Shown: one piece after another, positions 38,358-46,497 of the stretch
Layout of the letters: each line of letters opens with the position of its first letter
Numbering within the stretch: position 1 is the first letter of the stretch
DNA from: an uncultured Gemmatimonadales bacterium
Lineage (GTDB): Bacteria; Gemmatimonadota; Gemmatimonadetes; Gemmatimonadales; GWC2-71-9
Direction of reading: 5' to 3'
Assembly: GCA_963812085.1 (NCBI GenBank)
Contig: CAWETL010000009.1
Span: 525,955 to 589,954 of the forward strand
Length of the DNA stretch: 64,000 bases
Notes under the pieces: model-generated
What the model saw: only the letters and a program-made list of their open reading frames with translations
What the model was told of the DNA's origin: nothing
Database searches by the model: none
Made by a program: the position numbers and the translations under genes

Positions 38358-39151
38358 GCCTCGAAACTCCTTGCCGCCGCGTCCGCGTCGGGATAGAGCT
38401 TCAGGATGCTGGTGAATCCGCTGAGCTCGAGCACCTTCCGCACGTTGTCCCGCACCCCGGCCAATCGCACGTCGCCTCCGCGGCCTCGCGCATCCTTGAC
38501 CACCGCCAGGAGCACCCGGAGTCCGGCGCTGCTCGTGTAGTCCACCCCCTCCAGCGACACCACCATCCGGTGCCCGCCGTCGGCGACCTCGCCGCCAAGC
38601 ACGCGATTGAGTTCCGCCGAGGTCATGCCATCCACGTTGCCCTGCACGCGCGCGATCGTCACCTGCCCGCGGCGCTCCACTTCGATCTGCATAGAAAGGT
38701 GTCCCTGCATGATGGGAGAGGCCGATCCGGCGGAGCCGAATCGCTTGACCATGGTCAATTCATTGCCGGTGGCACCGAGGCTGCGGTGACGGATCTCGTC
38801 CATCACCTTTTCCACCAGGTGCCACCCCAGTCCACCGATCGGCCGGTCGGCCCACGGTGCGGTCAGGTCCGGCGTCGGGGCCATGTCGGGCGAGAAGGGT
38901 GCGCCCTCGTCGAGCACCGTCAACGTGAGCGCGCCCGGCTCGATCCGGGCGCGCAGGACCAGCGGCCCGGGCTGTCCCGCCGGGTAGGCGTGGTTGATCA
39001 CGTTGATGAGGACTTCTTCCGCCGCGAGCCGGATGTCGTGCTGGCCCTCGTCGCCGGCCCCCGCCTCGCGGGCGGCGCGGGTCGCGAGGTCGAGCAACTC
39101 GCCGAGGGACTCGAGCCGCGCGGTGGTCCGCGACAGCCGCACGAGCGTCAC
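38354..39151 (-). CDS. Fusion of RsbW/SpoIIAB-like anti-sigma Ser kinase (HATPase_c) with STAS anti-anti-sigma antagonist domain
   Basis: The N-terminal roughly 135 aa carry the N-box EEVLINVINHAY, G1 LDEGAPF and G2 GGLGWHL. With no intervening stop, the sequence ...KRFGSAGSASPIMQGHLSMQIEVERRG... leads into a STAS domain with the phosphorylatable-Ser motif VDYTSSAGLRVLL. GTG at 39151 overlaps the upstream stop (GTGA). Confidence 0.8.
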   Translation of the reverse strand: MTLVRLSRTTARLESLGELLDLATRAAREAGAGDEGQHDIRLAAEEVLINVINHAYPAGQPGPLVLRARIEPGALTLTVLDEGAPFSPDMAPTPDLTAPWADRPIGGLGWHLVEKVMDEIRHRSLGATGNELTMVKRFGSAGSASPIMQGHLSMQIEVERRGQVTIARVQGNVDGMTSAELNRVLGGEVADGGHRMVVSLEGVDYTSSAGLRVLLAVVKDARGRGGDVRLAGVRDNVRKVLELSGFTSILKLYPDADAAARSFEA

Positions 39152-40527
39152 GACGCGGTACGCCCCCGGGCGCAGGGTTCGACCAGGCCGGGAGTCGCGC
39201 CGAAGACAAGAGTAAAGACGTCCGCTTCCGCCGCCGGCCGCGATCCCAGGAATGCCGGAGCTCCGTTCGTTCCGCTCACGCACAGGTCCCCGACCTTCAC
39301 CGGGAAGCGGCTCCGCAGTTCCGACTCCAGCGGCTCCGTGCGGGCCGCGAGGCCCACCGCGGCGGCGGGCACCCGACCGCCGAACGCGGCCGCCGCCGCG
39401 ACCAGGTCCTTCTTCTTGACGATCTCCGGCTGGCCGGCGGCGAGCCGCAGCTCGGCGAGCCGGAGGGAATCGTCGCGCACCTGGAGGAGGCCGATCAGCG
39501 AAACCGTCGTCGGCGTGCGCTTGGTGCCGGTGAGCACCAGTTCGACCCGCGCGCCGCCTCCGGCCGGATGGACGCTCACCGATTGCACCGACAGGTCGGA
39601 CACCTTGCCGCCGCAGCCCGGCTTCACGGCGCAGGGACGTGCGCCGGCGAGCGCCGCCTGCACCTGCGCTGCGAGCTCCTTGCCGGGCACGTTCACCTCG
39701 AGCGGAAGCTCGAGGCCGGGAAGCGGCGTGCGCCCGGTGCCGACGGCCAGCGCGTTCCGCAGGCTGGACACCCGGACCGTGGCCCGAAGCCGCTGCTCCA
39801 CCGAGTCCCTGGCGCCGGCGGTGGCCGCGCGCGCCGTCACGGACGCCGCCACCGAATATCGCCCGCCCCGCGACAGCGTCGCCACGAACGTGTTGCCCGT
39901 CTGGGTGGGAGCGAGCTTCTGGCCGGCGCTGTCGGTCACGCTGAGCGCCCACTCGCCGGCGTCGAGTCCGGTCGTCTCGATCAGCAGCTGGTCCTGGTCC
40001 CCCGCGCCGCCGCCGAGGTCGATCCACGCCTGCCCGCGTGCCATCGTCGCGGCCTGCGCGTCGGTGCGGTTGATCGTGGTGCAGCTGAGCGTGGCCTTGG
40101 TGTGCCAGTAGCCCCGCCGTGCCATGGCGATGGCGCTCAGGGTGAAGCCCGCCGAGCGGGCGGTCCGGCTCACGTCCGGCGTGACGGTCGATACCGACCG
40201 CGCGGACGAAGCGCGCCAGTCCTTGCCGCACGCCTTGCTCTGTTCGTCTCCGGTGGCGACCTCCCTGAGCTCGAACGTCTGGCCCCGAACCCCCGCGACC
40301 TCCCGGAAGTACTTCGACCCGGCGGCGGCGAATCCGTCCACCCAGCCGTTGCCGGTCACGGCGCCGTCGAACGACGGCGCCACGCCCACCGGAATCCGGA
40401 CGGGAGGAACGTCGGACGGCGGCGCGACCGGGGCCGGTGCGGGCGCCGTGCCGCCGGCGCTGCTGCAGGACAGGGCGCCGACGAAGAGCAGCGGGGCGAG
40501 GCGGATGCCCCGGGACATGCGGATCAT
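39148..40527 (-). CDS. Exported hypothetical protein (possible lipoprotein), 459 aa
   Basis: Signal peptide MIRMSRGIRLAPLLFVGALSCSS. Varied composition with several Cys and no recognised domain. Overlaps both neighbouring genes by 4 nt. Confidence 0.6.
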   Translation of the reverse strand: MIRMSRGIRLAPLLFVGALSCSSAGGTAPAPAPVAPPSDVPPVRIPVGVAPSFDGAVTGNGWVDGFAAAGSKYFREVAGVRGQTFELREVATGDEQSKACGKDWRASSARSVSTVTPDVSRTARSAGFTLSAIAMARRGYWHTKATLSCTTINRTDAQAATMARGQAWIDLGGGAGDQDQLLIETTGLDAGEWALSVTDSAGQKLAPTQTGNTFVATLSRGGRYSVAASVTARAATAGARDSVEQRLRATVRVSSLRNALAVGTGRTPLPGLELPLEVNVPGKELAAQVQAALAGARPCAVKPGCGGKVSDLSVQSVSVHPAGGGARVELVLTGTKRTPTTVSLIGLLQVRDDSLRLAELRLAAGQPEIVKKKDLVAAAAAFGGRVPAAAVGLAARTEPLESELRSRFPVKVGDLCVSGTNGAPAFLGSRPAAEADVFTLVFGATPGLVEPCARGRTAS

Positions 40528-40895
40528 GGCGTCGCTCCGAGCAGCGTGGTGATCTTGAGCAGCAGGCGTTCCATTTCCACCGGCTTCGTGTCGTAGTCGT
40601 CACAACCCGCCTCGATCGCGCGCTCCCGGTCGCCGGCCATGGCGTGCGCCGTCAGCGCGATCACCCGCGCGCCGGCGAGCTCCGGGTCCGCCCGCAACCG
40701 CCGCGTGGCTTCCCAGCCGTCGATACCGGGCAGGCTCATGTCCATCAGGATGAGGTCGGGACGCTCGCTCCGGGCGAGCGCGAGGCCCTGTTCTCCATCT
40801 TCGGCCGCCACGACGGTGTACCCCCGGCGCGTCAGCCGCCGGGACAGCATGTCGCGGTTGAGTTCGTTGTCCTCGACCAGCAGGATCTTCGCCAC
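40524..40895 (-). CDS. Single-domain CheY-like response regulator
   Basis: KILLVEDNELNR, LILMDMSLPGIDG, and the conserved Lys in YDTKP. Confidence 0.92.
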   Translation of the reverse strand: MAKILLVEDNELNRDMLSRRLTRRGYTVVAAEDGEQGLALARSERPDLILMDMSLPGIDGWEATRRLRADPELAGARVIALTAHAMAGDRERAIEAGCDDYDTKPVEMERLLLKITTLLGATP

Positions 40896-40898
40896 GGG

Positions 40899-43340
40899 CT
40901 ACGCCTCCCCGGCGCTGGAGCCGGCCAGCAGGCGCTTGAGTTCGCCCACGAGGGCCTCGCTGTCGAGATGGTCCTTGTCGAACACCCGCGCCACGTGAAT
41001 CGAGAGGTGCTCCCGCTCGGCCGGCGTGAGGTCGTGCGCCGTGACGACGACGACCGGCACCTGCTGGCCGCCTTCGCGCGCATGGAGCGCGGCGAGGAAT
41101 TCGAATCCGTTCATTTCGGGCATCATCAGGTCGAGGAGGATCAGGTCCGGCATCCCGCCCCCGAGCGCGGCGAGGCCCTCGACGCCGTTGCCGGCCTCGA
41201 TCACCTCCCACGACTCCCCGCGCAGCAGCTCGCGCATCCGGTCCCGCGCCGCCACGTCGTCGTCCACGACGAGCGCCCGCCCGCCCTTGCCGTCCCGGTT
41301 GAAGCGGCGGATCACGCGGATCAGCCGCTCGCGGTCGACCGGCTTGGTGAGGTACTCCGCCGCCCCCAGCGAAAAGCCCATGTTCTTGTCGTCGATGATG
41401 GTCAGCATCACGACAGGAATCCCCGCGAGGTCCGGGTCGGCCTTGAGCGCCCGCAGCACGTTCCATCCGTCGCTGCCCGGCATCATGACGTCGAGCGTGA
41501 TGACCGAGGGCTTCAGCTGGCGCGCCAGTTCGAGCCCCTCCTCGCCTCCCAGCGCGGGGATGACCGCGATCCCCTCCTTTTCGAGCGTGCGGCGGACCAT
41601 GTCGTGCATGGCGGGGTCGTCGTCGATCACCAGCACCATCCCCTTGGGGCCCGCCATCAGCGCCACGTGGTCGGAGGTGACTGGACGCGCCGCCACCTCC
41701 GCCGGCAGGACGAGCGTGAAGGTGGAGCCCTGTGTCGGCGCGCTGTCCACGGTCACCGTCCCGCCCATGAGCTCGGCGAACCGCTTGGTGATCGTCAGGC
41801 CCAGCCCGGTGCCGCCGTACTTGCGCGTGGTCGAGGCGTCCGCCTGGGTGAAGGGCTGGAAGAGGCGCCCCACCTGCTCCGGCGTCATGCCGATGCCGCT
41901 GTCCTGCACGGCGAGCCGGATCCAGCGGCGGCCGTCGGCCACCTCGGTCCGCACCCGCAGCGTCACCGTCCCCTGTTCGGTGAACTTCGACGCGTTGCTG
42001 AGCAGGTTGAACAGCGACTGCCGCAGTTTCGTCAGGTCGGCGTGGATGGTCCCGACGTCGTCGGGGCAGTCGATGACGAGCGTGTTGCCCTTCTGCTTCA
42101 CCAGCGGCTGGATGGTGCTCACCACGTCGTCGAGCATGCCGCGGACCGCGAAGGTCTCGAGGTAGAGGTCCATCCGCCCGGCCTCGACCTTGGAGAGGTC
42201 GAGGATGTCGTTGATCAGCTGGAGCAGGTGCCGTCCGGCGCCGTGAATCTTCCGGAGGTCGGGCACCAGGTCGTCGAGCTGGCGGTCCTCCGCCTCCTCT
42301 TCGAGTATTTCGCTGTAGCCGATGATGGCGTTGAGGGGGGTGCGAAGCTCGTGGCTCATGTTGGCCAGGAACCGGCTCTTGGCCTTGTTGGCCACGTCGG
42401 CCGCCTCCCGGGCCTGGCCCAGGGCCGAGTTGCTTTCCTCCAGCTCGCGGGTCCGCAGTTTGACCTTGTCCTCGATGGTCGCGACGGTCTGCCGGAGGTC
42501 CGCCGCCATCCGGTTGAACGCCCCGGCCAGCGCGCCCACCTCGTCGCGGCTCCGGACCTTCACCTCCTGGGGCCACTCCCCCTCGCCGAGGCGCGCCACC
42601 GCGGTGTGGATGGCGCGGAGGGGCCGCAACATTCGGCGCGTCAGCACGAAGAGCAGGAGCGAGGCGCCGAGGGCGACGAGGAGCACGATCGGCGTCAGCC
42701 CTTCCGCCACCTGCCGCGACGCCGCCTTGGCGGCGGCGGCGAACGGCGCGTAGGGAGTGGCAGCGTCGAACAGGCCGACGATCGAATCGGTCCCGGCGGC
42801 CCGGATCGGCCAGTAGAGGGCCCAGTCTTCCTCGCCGCCGACGGCCGGGTTGCCGTCCGCCAGCACGGAGGCGGCCTTCGCGGGCATCAGCGTGAGGGGG
42901 CCTGCCGTGCGGGTCGCAGTGTCGCTGGTGGCCAGGCGCACCGCGCGGCCGTCGCCCACCCGCTGGGCGATGCTGAGTCGGGTGCCCGTCAGGCGCGACA
43001 ACTCGACAAGCAGGGCGGTCACTTCCGCGTTGCCAAGGATCTTCTCGTCGCCCTTGTACAGTTGGGCGGCGAGCGATTCGGCCGGAGTGGAGGGTCCGGC
43101 GTCGAATGCGACCGGCGCGGCGGGGACCAGGTGCCAGCTGCCGGGAAAGCGCTCCTCGAAGATGCGCTGCGCGATGCCGAGGTTGGTGGTGAGCTGCTGG
43201 CTCGCCTGGTGGAGCTGCAGCTGGACGAGTTCGGCGTCCGAGCGCTTCAATGCGAACCAGCCGGTGAGGGCCAGGGCGCCGATCACCACCGCCGAGACGA
43301 CCAGGGCCACCTTGGTGGCGATGCTGCGGGTCTTGACCAA
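40899..43340 (-). CDS. Hybrid sensor histidine kinase (periplasmic sensor domain, HAMP, HisKA, HATPase_c, two REC domains)
   Basis: TM1, then a roughly 200-aa extracytoplasmic region, then TM2. HAMP ([13 protein letters not shown]...AFNRMAADL), H-box [16 protein letters not shown], and N/G boxes ([20 protein letters not shown]). Two receivers (VLVIDDD...LDVMMP and ALVVDDD...LDLMMP). Confidence 0.92.
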   Translation of the reverse strand: MVKTRSIATKVALVVSAVVIGALALTGWFALKRSDAELVQLQLHQASQQLTTNLGIAQRIFEERFPGSWHLVPAAPVAFDAGPSTPAESLAAQLYKGDEKILGNAEVTALLVELSRLTGTRLSIAQRVGDGRAVRLATSDTATRTAGPLTLMPAKAASVLADGNPAVGGEEDWALYWPIRAAGTDSIVGLFDAATPYAPFAAAAKAASRQVAEGLTPIVLLVALGASLLLFVLTRRMLRPLRAIHTAVARLGEGEWPQEVKVRSRDEVGALAGAFNRMAADLRQTVATIEDKVKLRTRELEESNSALGQAREAADVANKAKSRFLANMSHELRTPLNAIIGYSEILEEEAEDRQLDDLVPDLRKIHGAGRHLLQLINDILDLSKVEAGRMDLYLETFAVRGMLDDVVSTIQPLVKQKGNTLVIDCPDDVGTIHADLTKLRQSLFNLLSNASKFTEQGTVTLRVRTEVADGRRWIRLAVQDSGIGMTPEQVGRLFQPFTQADASTTRKYGGTGLGLTITKRFAELMGGTVTVDSAPTQGSTFTLVLPAEVAARPVTSDHVALMAGPKGMVLVIDDDPAMHDMVRRTLEKEGIAVIPALGGEEGLELARQLKPSVITLDVMMPGSDGWNVLRALKADPDLAGIPVVMLTIIDDKNMGFSLGAAEYLTKPVDRERLIRVIRRFNRDGKGGRALVVDDDVAARDRMRELLRGESWEVIEAGNGVEGLAALGGGMPDLILLDLMMPEMNGFEFLAALHAREGGQQVPVVVVTAHDLTPAEREHLSIHVARVFDKDHLDSEALVGELKRLLAGSSAGEA

Positions 43341-43432
43341 CCGGACCTCCCCTGCAGGACCACGGCGCGCGGACGGAACGCGTCAAAGTACCGGGTGCCG
43401 GACGGCATCGCCAGAGGGTTTACCTTTGTGCG

Positions 43433-44104
43433 ATGGGCCGACCGACGCCGTATGAACTTGTATTCTCCGACCTCGCCACCGACCGATTCCCCGAGATCCG
43501 GAAGGCGCTTGACGCCGCCGCGGCCGACCCGCACGACCGGGATGCCTTCCTGGTGACCCTGCCGGCCATGACCCTCCTCCGGGAACTCCGCCCCGACGAG
43601 GAAGGCGCCGGCGAGGGGGTGCGGGAGCTCGCCGCCCTGGCCCATCACGCCTACCTGTACTGGGCAGGTGGGCTCCAGACCTGGGCGCACACCCCGGTCT
43701 CCGCCCGCGCGTGCCTCGCCGCCGGTCCGGCAGGTGCCGGCGGGCCGCCGGAGGCGGGATACATTCAGCTCCCGGAGCGCCTGGTGTGGGCATCGCTCGG
43801 CCCGGACGGTCCGTGGGAGCCGCTCGACGGCTGCTTTGTCCACGCCGGGCCGGACGGCGCCCTCCGCGTGCTCGGGATCTTCGGCCTCCATCCCTCGCGC
43901 ATGGGCTTTACCGTGGCCGAGGCGGTGGGGACGCCGGGACGGCTGACCGAGCGGGCCGACGGCGCTCCGCTGTTCGCACCGGCCCTCGAGGGCGGCGAAC
44001 TCGCGGGGCTCCACGCCCTGGTGGATCCCGGTGAACTCGTGGAACTCGCCGGCCGGATGCTCGAGGGGGTGCCGCGCCCCGCAGGACACCAGGAGGTCCC
44101 GTGA
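43433..44104 (+). CDS. Hypothetical protein, translationally coupled to polX
   Basis: 223 aa with balanced composition and no recognised family. Its stop overlaps the polX GTG start (GTGA at 44101-44104). Confidence 0.5.
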   Translation: MGRPTPYELVFSDLATDRFPEIRKALDAAAADPHDRDAFLVTLPAMTLLRELRPDEEGAGEGVRELAALAHHAYLYWAGGLQTWAHTPVSARACLAAGPAGAGGPPEAGYIQLPERLVWASLGPDGPWEPLDGCFVHAGPDGALRVLGIFGLHPSRMGFTVAEAVGTPGRLTERADGAPLFAPALEGGELAGLHALVDPGELVELAGRMLEGVPRPAGHQEVP

Positions 44105-45834
44105 CTGACCGGATGGAGAAGCGGGCCGTGGCCGACGCGCTGGAGCAGGTCGCGTCCTTCATGGAGCTGAAGGGCGAGAATCCCTTCCGCGTCCGGACCT
44201 TTCGCACCGTCGCCCGGGTCGTGAGCGGCCTGCCAGCGACCCTTCGGCAGGCCCTCGACGACGGCTCCCTCGCGGCCACCAAGGGCGTGGGGCCCGCCAC
44301 CCTCGAGGCGGTCAATGAGCTCGCCGCCACCGGCCGTTGCGGCCTCCTCGAGGAACTCCGCGACCAGGTCCCCGCCGGACTGGTGGAGATGCTGGCCATC
44401 TCCGGGCTCGGCGTGGCCAAGATTCGCCAGATTCACGACACCCTCGGCATCGACTCGCTCCCGGAGCTGGAGGCGGCGGCCGCCGACGGCCGGCTGGCCG
44501 CGCTCCCCCGCTTCGGCCAGAAGACCGCCGACAACATCCGGAAGAGCATCGCCTTCCTGCGGCAGGCCAGCGCGTTCCGGCTCGCCCACCACGCCGCGGA
44601 GGAATCTCGCGCCCTGGTCGAGGCGCTGGCACGGGTGCCCGGCGTGCTGAGCGCCACCGCCGCGGGAGAGGTCCGGCGCCGCACCGAGGTCGTCAGCGAG
44701 CTGGTGATCGTGCTGATCGCCGAGGTGCCCGCGGCGGAGCTGTTCGCCCGGTTGGGCCAGGTGCCGGGAGTGCACGAATTCGCGGGGCGGGACGAGCGGC
44801 AGATCACGCTCCGGTTCGCCGGCGGCACGAGTGCCCAGGTGATCGTCACCCCGGCGGGCAACGCGGGGGCGGTCCTGGTGCAGGCGACCGGGAGCGAAGC
44901 CCACCTGCGGGACCTGGAGGCGCTGGCCTCCGCCCAGGGCTGTTCGCTCCGCGGTGCCGCGCTCTGGCGTGGCAGCGAATTCGTCGCCACGCCGGACGAG
45001 GAGACCCTCTACCGCGCCCTCGGCCTCGCCTGGATTCCGCCCGAACTCCGTGAGGGGCGCGGCGAATGCGAGGCCGCCGCGTCGGGAGCGCTCCCCACCC
45101 TGCTGGAGCAGGAGGGGCTGCAGGGCTTCCTGCATTGCCACACCGAGTACTCCGACGGCTCCAACACGGTGGCCGACCTGGCGCGCGGAGTCCGCGACGC
45201 CGGCTACGCGTGGGTCGGGATCACCGACCACAGCCAGTCCGCCGCCTACGCCGGCGGGCTCTCGCCAGCATCGCTGGTCCGCCAGCGCGAGGAGATCGCA
45301 CGGGTGCGCGCGACGATGCCGGGCTTCGGCATCCTCCACGGGGTGGAGGCCGATATCCTGGCCGACGGGCGGCTCGACTACGACGACGAAGTCCTCGCGG
45401 GACTCGATTTCGTCATCGGCTCGATTCACAGCCGCTTCAACCTGGGCGGCCCCGAGATGACCGCCCGCGTGCTCGCCGCGCTCGACAACCCGTATCTGAG
45501 CATCCTCGGCCACCCGACCGGGCGCCTGCTCCTCTCCCGCGACGCCTACGCGATCGACCTCGACGCGATATTCGAGAAGGCCGGGGCACTCGGCGTGGCG
45601 ATCGAGATCAACGCCGACCCGCACCGTCTCGACCTCGACTGGCGGGTGCTCCGCTCTGCGCGGAAGCACGGCGTCATGATTTCCATCGGGGCCGACGCGC
45701 ACAATCTCGCCGGGCTCGGCAACGTGGCGTTCGGCGTCGGCATCGCGCGCAAGGGGTGGCTGGGGCCGGCGGAAATCCTGAACACCCGGGACGCCGAGGG
45801 TTTTCTGGCGTTCGCGCGCGCCAGGCGCCCGTAG
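44101..45834 (+). CDS. polX: Family X DNA polymerase with C-terminal PHP phosphoesterase domain
   Basis: N-terminal HhH/Pol-beta-like region (NPFRVRTF, GVGPAT and ISGLGVAKI). PHP motifs HCHTEYSDGS, ITDHS and SIHS. Confidence 0.9.
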   Translation: MTDRMEKRAVADALEQVASFMELKGENPFRVRTFRTVARVVSGLPATLRQALDDGSLAATKGVGPATLEAVNELAATGRCGLLEELRDQVPAGLVEMLAISGLGVAKIRQIHDTLGIDSLPELEAAAADGRLAALPRFGQKTADNIRKSIAFLRQASAFRLAHHAAEESRALVEALARVPGVLSATAAGEVRRRTEVVSELVIVLIAEVPAAELFARLGQVPGVHEFAGRDERQITLRFAGGTSAQVIVTPAGNAGAVLVQATGSEAHLRDLEALASAQGCSLRGAALWRGSEFVATPDEETLYRALGLAWIPPELREGRGECEAAASGALPTLLEQEGLQGFLHCHTEYSDGSNTVADLARGVRDAGYAWVGITDHSQSAAYAGGLSPASLVRQREEIARVRATMPGFGILHGVEADILADGRLDYDDEVLAGLDFVIGSIHSRFNLGGPEMTARVLAALDNPYLSILGHPTGRLLLSRDAYAIDLDAIFEKAGALGVAIEINADPHRLDLDWRVLRSARKHGVMISIGADAHNLAGLGNVAFGVGIARKGWLGPAEILNTRDAEGFLAFARARRP

Positions 45835-46497
45835 GTGGCCCGGGAATCCGCCTCCGCCCGCCGTGTCCGCGCCCGGCGGGTGCTGGCCGGGCTGGAGGCC
45901 GCCTATCCAGAGGCGCACTGCGCCCTCGAGCACGCGGACGCCTACCAATTGCTCGTCGCCACGATCCTCTCGGCGCAGTGCACCGATGCGCGCGTCAACC
46001 TCGTCACTCCGGCGCTCTTTGCCCGCTACCCCGACGCGCGCGCCCTGGCCCGGGGCCCGCAGGACGACGTGGAAGCGCTCATCCGCTCGACCGGCTTCTT
46101 CCGGAACAAGGCGAAGAACCTCATCGCGATGGCGCAGGCCGTGGTGGCACGGCACGGCGGCCGGATCCCGGACACGATGGAGGCGCTCCGCGCCCTGCCG
46201 GGTGTCGGCCGCAAGACGGCCAACGTCGTCCTCGGCAACGCGTTCGGGCGGAACGAAGGTGTCACGGTGGACACCCACGTGGGCCGGATCGCCCGGCTGC
46301 TGCGCCTCACCGCCGAGGACGATCCCGAAAAGGTGGAGCAGGACCTGATGACGCTCTTTCCGCAGGACCGATGGACGCTACTCTCCCACCTCCTGATCAG
46401 TCACGGTCGCGCCGTCTGCGTGGCGCGCCGGCCCCGCTGCGACGCCTGCGTGCTCGCCGCCGACTGTCCGAGCGCGACGGGGAGGCCACGTGGCTGA
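45835..46497 (+). CDS. nth: Endonuclease III (DNA glycosylase/AP lyase)
   Basis: HhH-GPD motif LPGVGRKTANVVL, catalytic region VDTHV, and 4Fe-4S cluster loop C-x6-C-x2-C-x5-C in CVARRPRCDACVLAADC. Confidence 0.93.
   Translation: MARESASARRVRARRVLAGLEAAYPEAHCALEHADAYQLLVATILSAQCTDARVNLVTPALFARYPDARALARGPQDDVEALIRSTGFFRNKAKNLIAMAQAVVARHGGRIPDTMEALRALPGVGRKTANVVLGNAFGRNEGVTVDTHVGRIARLLRLTAEDDPEKVEQDLMTLFPQDRWTLLSHLLISHGRAVCVARRPRCDACVLAADCPSATGRPRG

Noticed and set aside
38354-40603. 749-aa minus-strand ORF taken as a single protein
   Set aside because: Only the last roughly 265 codons (from GTG 39151) look like real protein, namely the kinase plus STAS. The upstream part is Arg/Gly/Pro-rich. 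It is overlapped in another frame by a coherent signal-peptide-bearing ORF (39148-40527) whose stop is coupled to the GTG.
40437-43556. 1039-aa plus-strand ORF antisense to the hybrid histidine kinase and response regulator
   Set aside because: It has the low-complexity Arg/Gly/His/Pro-rich composition typical of antisense frames in GC-rich DNA. The minus strand carries clear HisKA, HATPase and REC motifs.
43765-46278. 837-aa minus-strand ORF antisense to polX and nth
   Set aside because: Same reasoning as the other antisense ORFs. The plus strand has PolX PHP motifs and the Nth HhH-GPD and FeS motifs. The antisense product is Arg/Gly/Pro-rich and has no motifs.
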